64,000 nucleotides of DNA from Balanoglossus misakiensis (taxonomy: Eukaryota; Animalia; Hemichordata), in NCBI GenBank assembly GCA_040954595.2, contig CM082586.2:11563337-11627336 (forward strand). Direction: 5' to 3'. Each line of letters begins with the position of its first letter. The stretch's first letter is position 1. The notes beneath the pieces were generated by a model. It ran no database searches. It saw only the letters and a list, made by a program, of their open reading frames with translations, and was not told the origin of the DNA. This document shows positions 22,901 through 37,900 of the stretch, piece after piece. A program made the translations under genes and the position numbers.

Positions 22901-25900
22901 GATCAGGGCACCAAATTCGAAGAACAAAGGTTTTTTTATTTTTTTTCTAAAAATGACATTTTTAAGGAAAATTGAGTAAAACGCAATTTTGTCTGCAGTG
23001 AGCCAAATTAGACGGTCTTTTGTGGAATTTGTATCGATATATACATACGAAGAGCATTCTATACTCCATCAGATTTCCGAAAATGTAGAAGACAGGTATT
23101 TTTTGTAATTTTCAAAAATTTACCATTTTGACCAAATTGTGGCTAAAATTGTTATTTTCGTGTTGAATGCCGCCAGTGTCACTGCTTTTAAAAGTCATAA
23201 AAACTTTTAGCATACAAGCAATTGTTTATATATGATCAGGTCACCGAATTAAAAAAATAAAGAATGTTTTGCCTAAAAATGACCTTTTTGGTGCAAAAAC
23301 GAATAAAACGCAATTTTGTATTAAATCAGCTCATTCAGAGTGCATTTTTATAATCAGCACCATTTTTACGTATAATGGAAATTTCATACATCATCAGATA
23401 TCCAAATATGAAAAAAATGATTTAGATTTTAGATGATTGTCCAAAATTAGCTGATATCAAATAAATGTAGTATTGAACCGTTCTGTCCCCCCCCCCCTAC
23501 ACTATATGCGGTACGCCGATGTCAGCTTACCCGGCAGTACTGCAGGCCGTGCCCCCAACTAACGTCGGTGTTTGAAACGCCCTCGTTAAATTCGGGCTTT
23601 CTCTATAAATTGACAGGCAATAATGCAGTCCTACCCGAACAAATGTCGAGTGTTGACCCGCTGTGACTTTCCCTCTTCGGTTTGCCCGTCTTAGCCAACG
23701 TCTTTGTACTAGAGTGTCGGGTCTTTTGCAGAGCCAGGCCGAAGGAAATCCGACTTGATCACCGTTGCTAACGAACGCTAGTGTCTGTCATGGTGTGCCG
23801 GGGTTTTAGTCGAGCCAGGCCGTAGGAGATCTGACTTAATCACCGTGGTCAATGTACGCGTGTTTCCGCTCGAAAGTGCCGGGGCTTCAGCTAAACCAGG
23901 CCGTAGGAAATCCGACGTAATCACCGTTGATAACTTACTCCAGTCTATGTCATATAGAGCCGGTGCACCAGCGGAGTCACGCCGTAGGAAATCTGGCTTG
24001 ATCAACGTGGTCAATGTACGCCTGTTTCTGCTCTAGAGTGCAGGGGCTTCAGCTGAGCCAGGCCGTAGGAAACCCGACGTGATTACCGTTGTTAACTTAC
24101 GCCAGTCTGTGTCCTATATATAGCGCCCGGGCATCAGCCGTGCCAGGCCGAAGGAAATGTGAGTAGATCAACGTGGTCTCTCTACGCGTGTTTCTGCTCT
24201 AGAGTGCCAGGGCTTTAGCCAAGCCATGTCGTAGGAAATCTGAATTAATCAACGTTGCTAACGAACGCTAGTGTCTGTCATAGTGTGCCGGGGTTTCAGT
24301 CGAGCCAAGCCGTAGGAGATCGGACTTGATCAACGTGGTCTCTGTACGCGTGTTTCTGCTCTAGAGTGCCGGGGCTTTATCCAAGCCATGCCGTAGAAAA
24401 TCTGACTTGATCACCGTTGCTAACGTACGCTAGTGTCTGTCATATTGTGACGGAGATTTAGCCGAGCCAGGCCGTAGAAAAATCGACTTGTTCAACGTTA
24501 CCAGTGTGCAACTGTTTCTGCTCTAGAGTGTCAGGGTTTTAGCCGACTTATGCTGTAGGAAATCTGAGTTGATGAACGGGAATTCAATGTTAGAAAACCC
24601 GTGTGGAAAGTATCTCTACCCGTTTGAAACTAAGAAAAGAATTTATTCTTATTTATTTTGTAAAAAAAGACAATTTTTCGAAAAAAAGTCGAAAATGGTA
24701 ATTTTTTCTTGGGTGATTCAAATTATACCGCCTTTTCTGGAATTTGCAGCCCTTTTTACAAGAGAACGGCACTTCATGCTCCATAATATTTCCGAAAATG
24801 AAGAAAAGAGTTAATTTTTTATGATTTTTTAAAAATTTACCATTTTTGTCAAAATATGGCCAAAATGGCTATTTTTTCTTGAATTCCGTCAATATCTCTG
24901 CATTTTTGGAGTGGTCGAAAGTTTTAACATACAATCAACATGTCATATATGATCAGGGCACCAAATTCGAAGAACAAAGGTTTTTTTATTTTTTTTCTAA
25001 AAATGACATTTTTAAGGAAAATTGAGTAAAACGCAATTTTGTCTGCAGTGAGCCAAATTAGACGGTCTTTTGTGGAATTTGTATCGATATATACATACGA
25101 AGAGCATTCTATACTCCATCAGATTTCCGAAAATGTAGAAGACAGGTATTTTTTGTAATTTTCAAAAATTTACCATTTTGACCAAATTGTGGCTAAAATT
25201 GTTATTTTCGTGTTGAATGCCGCCAGTGTCACTGCTTTTAAAAGTCATAAAAACTTTTAGCATACAAGCAATTGTTTATATATGATCAGGTCACCGAATT
25301 AAAAAAATAAAGAATGTTTTGCCTAAAAATGACCTTTTTGGTGCAAAAACGAATAAAACGCAATTTTGTATTAAATCAGCTCATTCAGAGTGCATTTTTA
25401 TAATCAGCACCATTTTTACGTATAATGGAAATTTCATACATCATCAGATATCCAAATATGAAAAAAATGATTTAGATTTTAGATGATTGTCCAAAATTAG
25501 CTGATATCAAATAAATGTAGTATTGAACCGTTCTGTCCCCCCCCCTACACTATATGCGGTACGCCGATGTCAGCTTACCCGGCAGTACTGCAGGCCGTGC
25601 CCCCAACTAACGTCGGTGTTTGAAACGCCCTCGTTAAATTCGGGCTTTCTCTATAAATTGACAGGCAATAATGCAGTCCTACCCGAACAAATGTCGAGTG
25701 TTGACCCGCTGTGACTTTCCCTCTTCGGTTTGCCCGTCTTAGCCAACGTCTTTGTACTAGAGTGTCGGGTCTTTTGCAGAGCCAGGCCGAAGGAAATCCG
25801 ACTTGATCACCGTTGCTAACGAACGCTAGTGTCTGTCATGGTGTGCCGGGGTTTTAGTCGAGCCAGGCCGTAGGAGATCTGACTTAATCACCGTGGTCAA

Positions 25901-28900
25901 TGTACGCGTGTTTCCGCTCGAAAGTGCCGGGGCTTCAGCTAAACCAGGCCGTAGGAAATCCGACGTAATCACCGTTGATAACTTACTCCAGTCTATGTCA
26001 TATAGAGCCGGTGCACCAGCGGAGTCACGCCGTAGGAAATCTGGCTTGATCAACGTGGTCAATGTACGCCTGTTTCTGCTCTAGAGTGCAGGGGCTTCAG
26101 CTGAGCCAGGCCGTAGGAAACCCGACGTGATTACCGTTGTTAACTTACGCCAGTCTGTGTCCTATATATAGCGCCCGGGCATCAGCCGTGCCAGGCCGAA
26201 GGAAATGTGAGTAGATCAACGTGGTCTCTCTACGCGTGTTTCTGCTCTAGAGTGCCAGGGCTTTAGCCAAGCCATGTCGTAGGAAATCTGAATTAATCAA
26301 CGTTGCTAACGAACGCTAGTGTCTGTCATAGTGTGCCGGGGTTTCAGTCGAGCCAAGCCGTAGGAGATCGGACTTGATCAACGTGGTCTCTGTACGCGTG
26401 TTTCTGCTCTAGAGTGCCGGGGCTTTATCCAAGCCATGCCGTAGAAAATCTGACTTGATCACCGTTGCTAACGTACGCTAGTGTCTGTCATATTGTGACG
26501 GAGATTTAGCCGAGCCAGGCCGTAGAAAAATCGACTTGTTCAACGTTACCAGTGTGCAACTGTTTCTGCTCTAGAGTGTCAGGGTTTTAGCCGACTTATG
26601 CTGTAGGAAATCTGAGTTGATGAACGGGAATTCAATGTTAGAAAACCCGTGTGGAAAGTATCTCTACCCGTTTGAAACTAAGAAAAGAATTTATTCTTAT
26701 TTATTTTGTAAAAAAAGACAATTTTTCGAAAAAAAGTCGAAAATGTTAATTTTGTCTTGGGTGATTCAAATTATACCGCCTTTTCTGGAATTTGCAGCCC
26801 TTTTTACAAGAGAACGGCACTTCATGCTCCATAATATTTCCGAAAATGAAGAAAAGAGTTAATTTTTTATGATTTTTTAAAAATTTACCATTTTTGTCAA
26901 AATATGGCCAAAATGGCTATTTTTTCTTGAATTCCGTCAATATCTCTGCATTTTTGGAGTGGTCGAAAGTTTTAACATACAATCAACATGTCATATATGA
27001 TCAGGGCACCAAATTCGAAGAACAAAGGTTTTTTTATTTTTTTTCTAAAAATGACATTTTTAAGGAAAATTGAGTAAAACGCAATTTTGTCTGCAGTGAG
27101 CCAAATTAGACGGTCTTTTGTGGAATTTGTATCGATATATACATACGAAGAGCATTCTATACTCCATCAGATTTCCGAAAATGTAGAAAACAGGTATTTT
27201 TTGTAATTTTCAAAAATTTACCATTTTGACCAAATTGTGGCTAAAATTGTTATTTTCGTGTTGAATGCCGCCAGTGTCACTGCTTTTAAAAGTCATAAAA
27301 ACTTTTAGCATACAAGCAATTGTTTATATATGATCAGGTCACCGAATTAAAAAAATAAAGAATGTTTTGCCTAAAAATGACCTTTTTGGTGCAAAAACGA
27401 ATAAAACGCAATTTTGTATTAAATCAGCTCATTCAGAGTGCATTTTTATAATCAGCACCATTTTAACGTATAATGGAAATTTCATACATCATCAGATATC
27501 CAAATATGAAAAAAATGATTTAGATTTTAGATGATTGTCCAAAATTAGCTGATATCAAATAAATGTAGTATTGAACCGTTCTGTCCCCCCCCCCCCTACA
27601 CTATATGCGGTACGCCGATGTCAGCTTACCCGGCAGTACTGCAGGCCGTGCCCCCAACTAACGTCGGTGTTTGAAACGCCCTTGTTAAATTCGGGCTTTC
27701 TCTATACATTGACAGGCAATAATGCAGTCCTACCCGAACAAATGTCCAGTGTTGACCCGCTGTGACTTTCCCTCTTCGGTTTGCCCGTCTTAGCCAACGT
27801 CTTTGTACTAGAGTGTCGGGTCTTTTGCAGAGCCAGGCCGAAGGAAATCCGACTTGATCACCGTTGCTAACGAACGCTAGTGTCTGTCATGGTGTGCCGG
27901 GGTTTTAGTCGAGCCAGGCCGTAGGAGATCTGACTTAATCACCGTGGTCAATGTACGCGTGTTTCCGCTCGAAAGTGCCGGGGCTTCAGCTAAACCAGGC
28001 CGTAGGAAATCCGACGTAATCACCGTTGATAACTTACTCCAGTCTATGTCATATAGAGCCGGTGCACCAGCGGAGTCACGCCGTAGGAAATCTGGCTTGA
28101 TCAACGTGGTCAATGTACGCCTGTTTCTGCTCTAGAGTGTCGGGGCTTCAGCTGAGCCAGGCCGTAGGAAACCCGACGTGATTACCGTTGTTAACTTACG
28201 CCAGTCTGTGTCCTATATATAGTGCCGGGGCATCAGCCGTGCCAGGCCGAAGAAAATGTGAGTAGATCAACGTGGTCTCTGTACGCGTGTTTCTGCTCTA
28301 GAGTGCCAGGGCTTTAGCCAAGGCATGCCGTAGGAAATCTCACTTGATCAACGTTGCTAACGAACGCTAGTGTCTGTCATAGTGTGCCGGGGTTTTAGTC
28401 GAGCCAAGCCGTAGGAGATCAGACTTGATCAACGTGGTCTCTGTACGCGTGTTTCTGCTCTAGAGTGCCGGGGCTTTATCCAAGCCATGCCGTAGAAAAT
28501 CTGACTTGATCACCGTTGCTAACGTACGCTAGTGTCTGTCATATTGTGTCGGAGATTTAGCCGAGCCAGGCCGTAGAAAAATCGACTTGTTCAAAGTTAC
28601 CAGTGTGCAACTGTTTCTGCTCTAGAGTGTCAGGGTTTTAGCCGACTTATGCTGTAGGAAATCTGAGTTGATGAACGGGAATTCAATGTTAGAAAACCCG
28701 TGTGGAAAGTATCTCTACCCGTTTGAAACTAAGAAAAGAATTCATTCTTATTTATTTTGTAAAAAAGACAATTTTTCGAAAAAAAGCCGAAAATGGTAAT
28801 TTTGTCTTGGGTGATTCAAATTATACCGCCTTTTCTGGAATTTGCAGCACTTTTTACAAGAGAACGACACTTCATGCTCCATAATATTTCCGAAAATGAA

Positions 28901-31900
28901 GAAAAGAGTTAATTTTTTATGATTTTTTAAAAATTTACCATTTTTGTCAAAATATGGCCAAAATGGCTATTTTTTCTTGAATTCCGTCAATATCTCTGCA
29001 TTTTTGGAGTGGTCAAAAGTTTTAACATACAATCAACATGTCATATATGATCAGGGCACCAAATTCGAAGAACAAAGGTTTTTTATTTGTTTTTCTAAAA
29101 ATGACATTTTCAAGGAAAATTTGGTAAAACGCAATTTTCTCTGCAGTGAGCCAAATTAGACGGTCTTTTGTGGAATTTGTATCGATATATACATACGAAG
29201 AGCATTCTATACTCCATCAGATTTCCGAAAATGTAGAAAACAGGTATTTTTTGTAATTTTCAAAAATTTACCATTTTGACCAAATTGTGGCTAAAATTGT
29301 TATTTTCGTGTTGAATGCCGCCAGTGTCACTGTCTTTAAAAGTCATAAAAACTTTTAACATACAAGCAATTGTTTATATATGATCAGGTCACAGAATTAA
29401 AAATATAAAGAATGTTTTGCCTAAAAATGACCTTTTTGGTGCAAAAACGAATAAAACACAATTTTGTATTAAATCAGCTCATTCAGAGTGCATTTTTTAT
29501 AATCAGCACCATTTTTACATATAATGGAAATTTCATACATCATCAGATATCCAAATATGAAAAAATGATTTAGATTTTAGATGATTGTCCAAAATTAGCT
29601 GATATCTAATAAATGTAGTATTGAACCGTTCTGTTTCCCCCCCCCCCCCCCTACATTACATGCGGTACGCCGATGTCAGCTTACCCGGCAGTACTGCAGG
29701 CCGTGCCCCCAACTAACGTCGGTGTTTGAAACGCCCTGGTTAAATTCGGGCTCTCTCTATAAATTGACAGGCAATAATGCAGTCCTACCGGAACAAATGT
29801 CGAGTGTTGACCCGCTGTGACTTTCCCTCTTCGGTTTGCCCGACTTGCCAACGTCTTTGTACTAGAGTGTCGGGTCTTTTGCAGAGCCAGGCCGAAGGAA
29901 ATCCGACTTGATCACCGTTGCTAACGAACGCTAGTGTCTGTCATGGTGTGCCGGGGTTTTAGTCGAGCCAGGCCGTAGGAGATCTGACTTGATCATCGTG
30001 GTCAATGTACGCGTGTTTCCGCTCTAAAGTGCCGGGGCTTCAGCTAAACCAGGCCGTAGAAAATCCGACGTAATCACCGTTGATAACTTACGCCAGTCTG
30101 TGTCATATAGAGCCGGTGCACCAGCCGAGTCACGCCGTAGGAAATCTGACTTGATCAACGTGGTCAATGTACGCCTGTTTCTGCTCTAGAGTGCAGGGGC
30201 TTCAGCTGAGCCAGGCCGTAGGAAACCCGACGTGATTACCGTTGTTAACTTACGCCAGTCTGTGTCCTATATATAGCGCCCGGGCATCAGCCGTGCCAGG
30301 CCGAAGGAAATGTGAGTAGATCAACGTGGTCTCTCTACGCGTGTTTCTGCTCTAGAGTGCCAGGGCTTTAGCCAAGCCATGTCGTAGGAAATCTGAATTA
30401 ATCAACGTTGCTAACGAACGCTAGTGTCTGTCATAGTGTGCCGGGGTTTCAGTCGAGCCAAGCCGTAGGAGATCGGACTTGATCAACGTGGTCTCTGTAC
30501 GCGTGTTTCTGCTCTAGAGTGCCGGGGCTTTATCCAAGCCATGCCGTAGAAAATCTGACTTGATCACCGTTGCTAACGTACGCTAGTGTCTGTCATATTG
30601 TGACGGAGATTTAGCCGAGCCAGGCCGTAGAAAAATCGACTTGTTCAACGTTACCAGTGTGCAACTGTTTCTGCTCTAGAGTGTCAGGGTTTTAGCCGAC
30701 TTATGCTGTAGGAAATCTGAGTTGATGAACGGGAATTCAATGTTAGAAAACCCGTGTGGAAAGTATCTCTACCCGTTTGAAACTAAGAAAAGAATTTATT
30801 CTTATTTATTTTGTAAAAAAAGACAATTTTTCGAAAAAAAGTCGAAAATGGTAATTTTGTCTTGGGTGATTCAAATTATACCGCCTTTTCTGGAATTTGC
30901 AGCCCTTTTTACAAGAGAACGGCACTTCATGCTCCATAATATTTCCGAAAATGAAGAAAAGAGTTAATTTTTTATGATTTTTTAAAAATTTACCATTTTT
31001 GTCAAAATATGGCCAAAATGGCTATTTTTTCTTGAATTCCGTCAATATCTCTGCATTTTTGGAGTGGTCGAAAGTTTTAACATACAATCAACATGTCATA
31101 TATGATCAGGGCACCAAATTCGAAGAACAAAGGTTTTTTTATTTTTTTTCTAAAAATGACATTTTTAAGGAAAATTGAGTAAAACGCAATTTTGTCTGCA
31201 GTGAGCCAAATTAGACGGTCTTTTGTGGAATTTGTATCGATATATACATACGAAGAGCATTCTATACTCCATCAGATTTCCGAAAATGTAGAAAACAGGT
31301 ATTTTTTGTAATTTTCAAAAATTTACCATTTTGACCAAATTGTGGCTAAAATTGTTATTTTCGTGTTGAATGCCGCCAGTGTCACTGCTTTTAAAAGTCA
31401 TAAAAACTTTTAGCATACAAGCAATTGTTTATATATGATCAGGTCACCGAATTAAAAAAATAAAGAATGTTTTGCCTAAAAATGACCTTTTTGGTGCAAA
31501 AACGAATAAAACGCAATTTTGTATTAAATCAGCTCATTCAGAGTGCATTTTTATAATCAGCACCATTTTTACGTATAATGGAAATTTCATACATCATCAG
31601 ATATCCAAATATGAAAAAAATGATTTAGATTTTAGATGATTGTCCAAAATTAGCTGATATCAAATAAATGTAGTATTGAACCGTTCTGTCCCCCCCCCCC
31701 TACACTATATGCGGTACGCCGATGTCAGCTTACCCGGCAGTACTGCAGGCCGTGCCCCCAACTAACGTCGGTGTTTGAAACGCCCTTGTTAAATTCGGGC
31801 TTTCTCTATAAATTGACAGGCAATAATGCAGTCCTACCCGAACAAATGTCCAGTGTTGACCCGCTGTGACTTTCCCTCTTCGGTTTGCCCGTCTTAGCCA

Positions 31901-34900
31901 ACGTCTTTGTACTAGAGTGTCGGGTCTTTTGCAGAGCCAGGCCGAAGGAAATCCGACTTGATCACCGTTGCTAACGAACGCTAGTGTCTGTCATGGTGTG
32001 CCGGGGTTTTAGTCGAGCCAGGCCGTAGGAGATCTGACTTAATCACCGTGGTCAATGTACGCGTGTTTCCGCTCGAAAGTGCCGGGGCTTCAGCTAAACC
32101 AGGCCGTAGGAAATCCGACGTAATCACCGTTGATAACTTACTCCAGTCTATGTCATATAGAGCCGGTGCACCAGCGGAGTCACGCCGTAGGAAATCTGGC
32201 TTGATCAACGTGGTCAATGTACGCCTGTTTCTGCTCTAGAGTGTCGGGGCTTCAGCTGAGCCAGGCCGTAGGAAACCCGACGTGATTACCGTTGTTAACT
32301 TACGCCAGTCTGTGTCCTATATATAGTGCCGGGGCATCAGCCGTGCCAGGCCGAAGAAAATGTGAGTAGATCAACGTGGTCTCTGTACGCGTGTTTCTGC
32401 TCTAGAGTGCCAGGGCTTTAGCCAAGGCATGCCGTAGGAAATCTCACTTGATCAACGTTGCTAACGAACGCTAGTGTCTGTCATAGTGTGCCGGGGTTTT
32501 AGTCGAGCCAAGCCGTAGGAGATCAGACTTGATCAACGTGGTCTCTGTACGCGTGTTTCTGCTCTAGAGTGCCGGGGCTTTATCCAAGCCATGCCGTAGA
32601 AAATCTGACTTGATCACCGTTGCTAACGTACGCTAGTGTCTGTCATATTGTGTCGGAGATTTAGCCGAGCCAGGCCGTAGAAAAATCGACTTGTTCAAAG
32701 TTACCAGTGTGCAACTGTTTCTGCTCTAGAGTGTCAGGGTTTTAGCCGACTTATGCTGTAGGAAATCTGAGTTGATGAACGGGAATTCAATGTTAGAAAA
32801 CCCGTGTGGAAAGTATCTCTACCCGTTTGAAACTAAGAAAAGAATTCATTCTTATTTATTTTGTAAAAAAGACAATTTTTCGAAAAAAAGCCGAAAATGG
32901 TAATTTTGTCTTGGGTGATTCAAATTATACCGCCTTTTCTGGAATTTGCAGCACTTTTTACAAGAGAACGACACTTCATGCTCCATAATATTTCCGAAAA
33001 TGAAGAAAAGAGTAAATTTTTTATGATTTTTTAAAAATTTACCATTTTTGTCAAAATATGGCCAAAATGGCTATTTTTTCTTGAATTCCGTCAATATCTC
33101 TGCATTTTTGGAGTGGTCAAAAGTTTTAACATACAATCAACATGTCATATATGATCAGGGCACCAAATTCGAAGAACAAAGGTTTTTTATTTGTTTTTCT
33201 AAAAATGACATTTTCAAGGAAAATTTGGTAAAACGCAATTTTCTCTGCAGTGAGCCAAATTAGACGGTCTTTTGTGGAATTTGTATCGATATATACATAC
33301 GAAGAGCATTCTATACTCCATCAGATTTCCGAAAATGTAGAAAACAGGTATTTTTTGTAATTTTCAAAAATTTACCATTTTGACCAAATTGTGGCTAAAA
33401 TTGTTATTTTCGTGTTGAATGCCGCCAGTGTCACTGTCTTTAAAAGTCATAAAAACTTTTAACATACAAGCAATTGTTTATATATGATCAGGTCACAGAA
33501 TTAAAAATATAAAGAATGTTTTGCCTAAAAATGACCTTTTTGGTGCAAAAACGAATAAAACACAATTTTGTATTAAATCAGCTCATTCAGAGTGCATTTT
33601 TTATAATCAGCACCATTTTTACATATAATGGAAATTTCATACATCATCAGATATCCAAATATGAAAAAATGATTTAGATTTTAGATGATTGTCCAAAATT
33701 AGCTGATATCTAATAAATGTAGTATTGAACCGTTCTGTTTCCCCCCCCCCCCTACATTACATGCGGTACGCCGATGTCAGCTTACCCGGCAGTACTGCAG
33801 GCCGTGCCCCCAACTAACGTCGGTGTTTGAAACGCCCTGGTTAAATTCGGGCTCTCTCTATAAATTGACAGGCAATAATGCAGTCCTACCGGAACAAATG
33901 TCGAGTGTTGACCCGCTGTGACTTTCCCTCTTCGGTTTGCCCGACTTGCCAACGTCTTTGTACTAGAGTGTCGGGTCTTTTGCAGAGCCAGGCCGAAGGA
34001 AATCCGACTTGATCACCGTTGCTAACGAACGCTAGTGTCTGTCATGGTGTGCCGGGGTTTTAGTCGAGCCAGGCCGTAGGAGATCTGACTTGATCATCGT
34101 GGTCAATGTACGCGTGTTTCCGCTCTAAAGTGCCGGGGCTTCAGCTAAACCAGGCCGTAGAAAATCCGACGTAATCACCGTTGATAACTTACGCCAGTCT
34201 GTGTCATATAGAGCCGGTGCACCAGCCGAGTCACGCCGTAGGAAATCTGACTTGATCAACGTGGTCAATGTACGCCTGTTTCTGCTCTAGAGTGCAGGGG
34301 CTTCAGCTGAGCCAGGCCGTAGGAAACCCGACGTGATTACCGTTGTTAACTTACGCCAGTCTGTGTCCTATATATAGCGCCCGGGCATCAGCCGTGCCAG
34401 GCCGAAGAAAATGTGAGTAGATCAACGTGGTCTCTGTACGCGTGTTTCTGCTCTAGAGTGCCAGGGCTTTAGCCAAGGCATGCCGTAGGAAATCTCACTT
34501 GATCAACGTTGCTAACGAACGCTAGTGTCTGTCATAGTGTGCCGGGGTTTCAGTCGAGCCAAGCCGTAGGAGATCAGACTTGATCAACGTGGTCTCTGTA
34601 CGCGTGTTTCTGCTCTAGAGTGCCGGGGCTTTATCCAAGCCATGCCGTAGAAAATCTGACTTGATCACCGTTGCTAACGTACGCTAGTGTCTGTCATATT
34701 GTGACGGAGATTTAGCCGAGCCAGGCCGTAGAAAAATCGACTTGTTCAACGTTACCAGTGTGCAACTGTTTCTGCTCTAGAGTGTCAGGGTTTTAGCCGA
34801 CTTATGCTGTAGGAAATCTGAGTTGATGAACGGGAATTCAATGTTAGAAAACCCGTGTGGAAAGTATCTCTACCCGTTTGAAACTAAGAAAAGAATTTAT

Positions 34901-37900
34901 TCTTATTTATTTTGTAAAAAAAGACAATTTTTCGAAAAAAAGTCGAAAATGGTAATTTTTTCTTGGGTGATTCAAATTATACCGCCTTTTCTGGAATTTG
35001 CAGCCCTTTTTACAAGAGAACGGCACTTCATGCTCCATAATATTTCCGAAAATGAAGAAAAGAGTTAATTTTTTATGATTTTTTAAAAATTTACCATTTT
35101 TGTCAAAATATGGCCAAAATGGCTATTTTTTCTTGAATTCCGTCAATATCTCTGCATTTTTGGAGTGGTCGAAAGTTTTAACATACAATCAACATGTCAT
35201 ATATGATCAGGGCACCAAATTCGAAGAACAAAGGTTTTTTTATTTTTTTTCTAAAAATGACATTTTTAAGGAAAATTGAGTAAAACGCAATTTTGTCTGC
35301 AGTGAGCCAAATTAGACGGTCTTTTGTGGAATTTGTATCGATATATACATACGAAGAGCATTCTATACTCCATCAGATTTCCGAAAATGTAGAAAACAGG
35401 TTTTTTTTGTAATTTTCAAAAATTTACCATTTTGACCAAATTGTGGCTAAAATTGTTATTTTCGTGTTGAATGCCGCCAGTGTCACTGCTTTTAAAAGTC
35501 ATAAAAACTTTTAGCATACAAGCAATTGTTTATATATGATCAGGTCACCGAATTAAAAAAATAAAGAATGTTTTGCCTAAAAATGACCTTTTTGGTGCAA
35601 AAACGAATAAAACGCAATTTTGTATTAAATCAGCTCATTCAGAGTGCATTTTTATAATCAGCACCATTTTTACGTATAATGGAAATTTCATACATCATCA
35701 GATATCCAAATATGAAAAAAATGATTTAGATTTTAGATGATTGTCCAAAATTAGCTGATATCAAATAAATGTAGTATTGAACCGTTCTGTCCCCCCCCCC
35801 CCCTACACTATATGCGGTACGCCGATGTCAGCTTACCCGGCAGTACTGCAGGCCGTGCCCCCAACTAACGTCGGTGTTTGAAACGCCCTTGTTAAATTCG
35901 GGCTTTCTCTATAAATTGACAGGCAATAATGCAGTCCTACCCGAACAAATGTCCAGTGTTGACCCGCTGTGACTTTCCCTCTTCGGTTTGCCCGTCTTAG
36001 CCAACGTCTTTGTACTAGAGTGTCGGGTCTTTTGCAGAGCCAGGCCGAAGGAAATCCGACTTGATCACCGTTGCTAACGAACGCTAGTGTCTGTCATGGT
36101 GTGCCGGGGTTTTAGTCGAGCCAGGCCGTATGAGATCTGACTTAATCACCGTGGTCAATGTACGCGTGTTTCCGCTCGAAAGTGCCGGGGCTTCAGCTAA
36201 ACCAGGCCGTAGGAAATCCGACGTAATCACCGTTGATAACTTACTCCAGTCTATGTCATATAGAGCCGGTGCACCAGCGGAGTCACGCCGTAGGAAATCT
36301 GGCTTGATCAACGTGGTCAATGTACGCCTGTTTCTGCTCTAGAGTGTCGGGGCTTCAGCTGAGCCAGGCCGTAGGAAACCCGACGTGATTACCGTTGTTA
36401 ACTTACGCCAGTCTGTGTCCTATATATAGTGCCGGGGCATCAGCCGTGCCAGGCCGAAGAAAATGTGAGTAGATCAACGTGGTCTCTGTACGCGTGTTTC
36501 TGCTCTAGAGTGCCAGGGCTTTAGCCAAGGCATGCCGTAGGAAATCTCACTTGATCAACGTTGCTAACGAACGCTAGTGTCTGTCATAGTGTGCCGGGGT
36601 TTTAGTCGAGCCAAGCCGTAGGAGATCAGACTTGATCAACGTGGTCTCTGTACGCGTGTTTCTGCTCTAGAGTGCCGGGGCTTTATCCAAGCCATGCCGT
36701 AGAAAATCTGACTTGATCACCGTTGCTAACGTACGCTAGTGTCTGTCATATTGTGTCGGAGATTTAGCCGAGCCAGGCCGTAGAAAAATCGACTTGTTCA
36801 AAGTTACCAGTGTGCAACTGTTTCTGCTCTAGAGTGTCAGGGTTTTAGCCGACTTATGCTGTAGGAAATCTGAGTTGATGAACGGGAATTCAATGTTAGA
36901 AAACCCGTGTGGAAAGTATCTCTACCCGTTTGAAACTAAGAAAAGAATTCATTCTTATTTATTTTGTAAAAAAGACAATTTTTCGAAAAAAAGCCGAAAA
37001 TGGTAATTTTGTCTTGGGTGATTCAAATTATACCGCCTTTTCTGGAATTTGCAGCACTTTTTACAAGAGAACGACACTTCATGCTCCATAATATTTCCGA
37101 AAATGAAGAAAAGAGTTAATTTTTTACGATTTTTTAAAAATTTACCATTTTTGTCAAAATATGGCCAAAATGGCTATTTTTTCTTGAATTCCGTCAATAT
37201 CTCTGCATTTTTGGAGTGGTCAAAAGTTTTAACATACAATCAACATGTCATATATGATCAGGGCACCAAATTCGAAGAACAAAGGTTTTTTATTTGTTTT
37301 TCTAAAAATGACATTTTCAAGGAAAATTTGGTAAAACGCAATTTTCTCTGCAGTGAGCCAAATTAGACGGTCTTTTGTGGAATTTGTATCGATATATACA
37401 TACGAAGAGCATTCTATACTCCATCAGATTTCCGAAAATGTAGAAAACAGGTATTTTTTGTAATTTTCAAAAATTTACCATTTTGACCAAATTGTGGCTA
37501 AAATTGTTATTTTCGTGTTGAATGCCGCCAGTGTCACTGTCTTTAAAAGTCATAAAAACTTTTAACATACAAGCAATTGTTTATATATGATCAGGTCACA
37601 GAATTAAAAATATAAAGAATGTTTTGCCTAAAAATGACCTTTTTGGTGCAAAAACGAATAAAACACAATTTTGTATTAAATCAGCTCATTCAGAGTGCAT
37701 TTTTTATAATCAGCACCATTTTTACATATAATGGAAATTTCATACATCATCAGATATCCAAATATGAAAAAATGATTTAGATTTTAGATGATTGTCCAAA
37801 ATTAGCTGATATCTAATAAATGTAGTATTGAACCGTTCTGTTTCCCCCCCCCCCTACATTACATGCGGTACGCCGATGTCAGCTTACCCGGCAGTACTGC

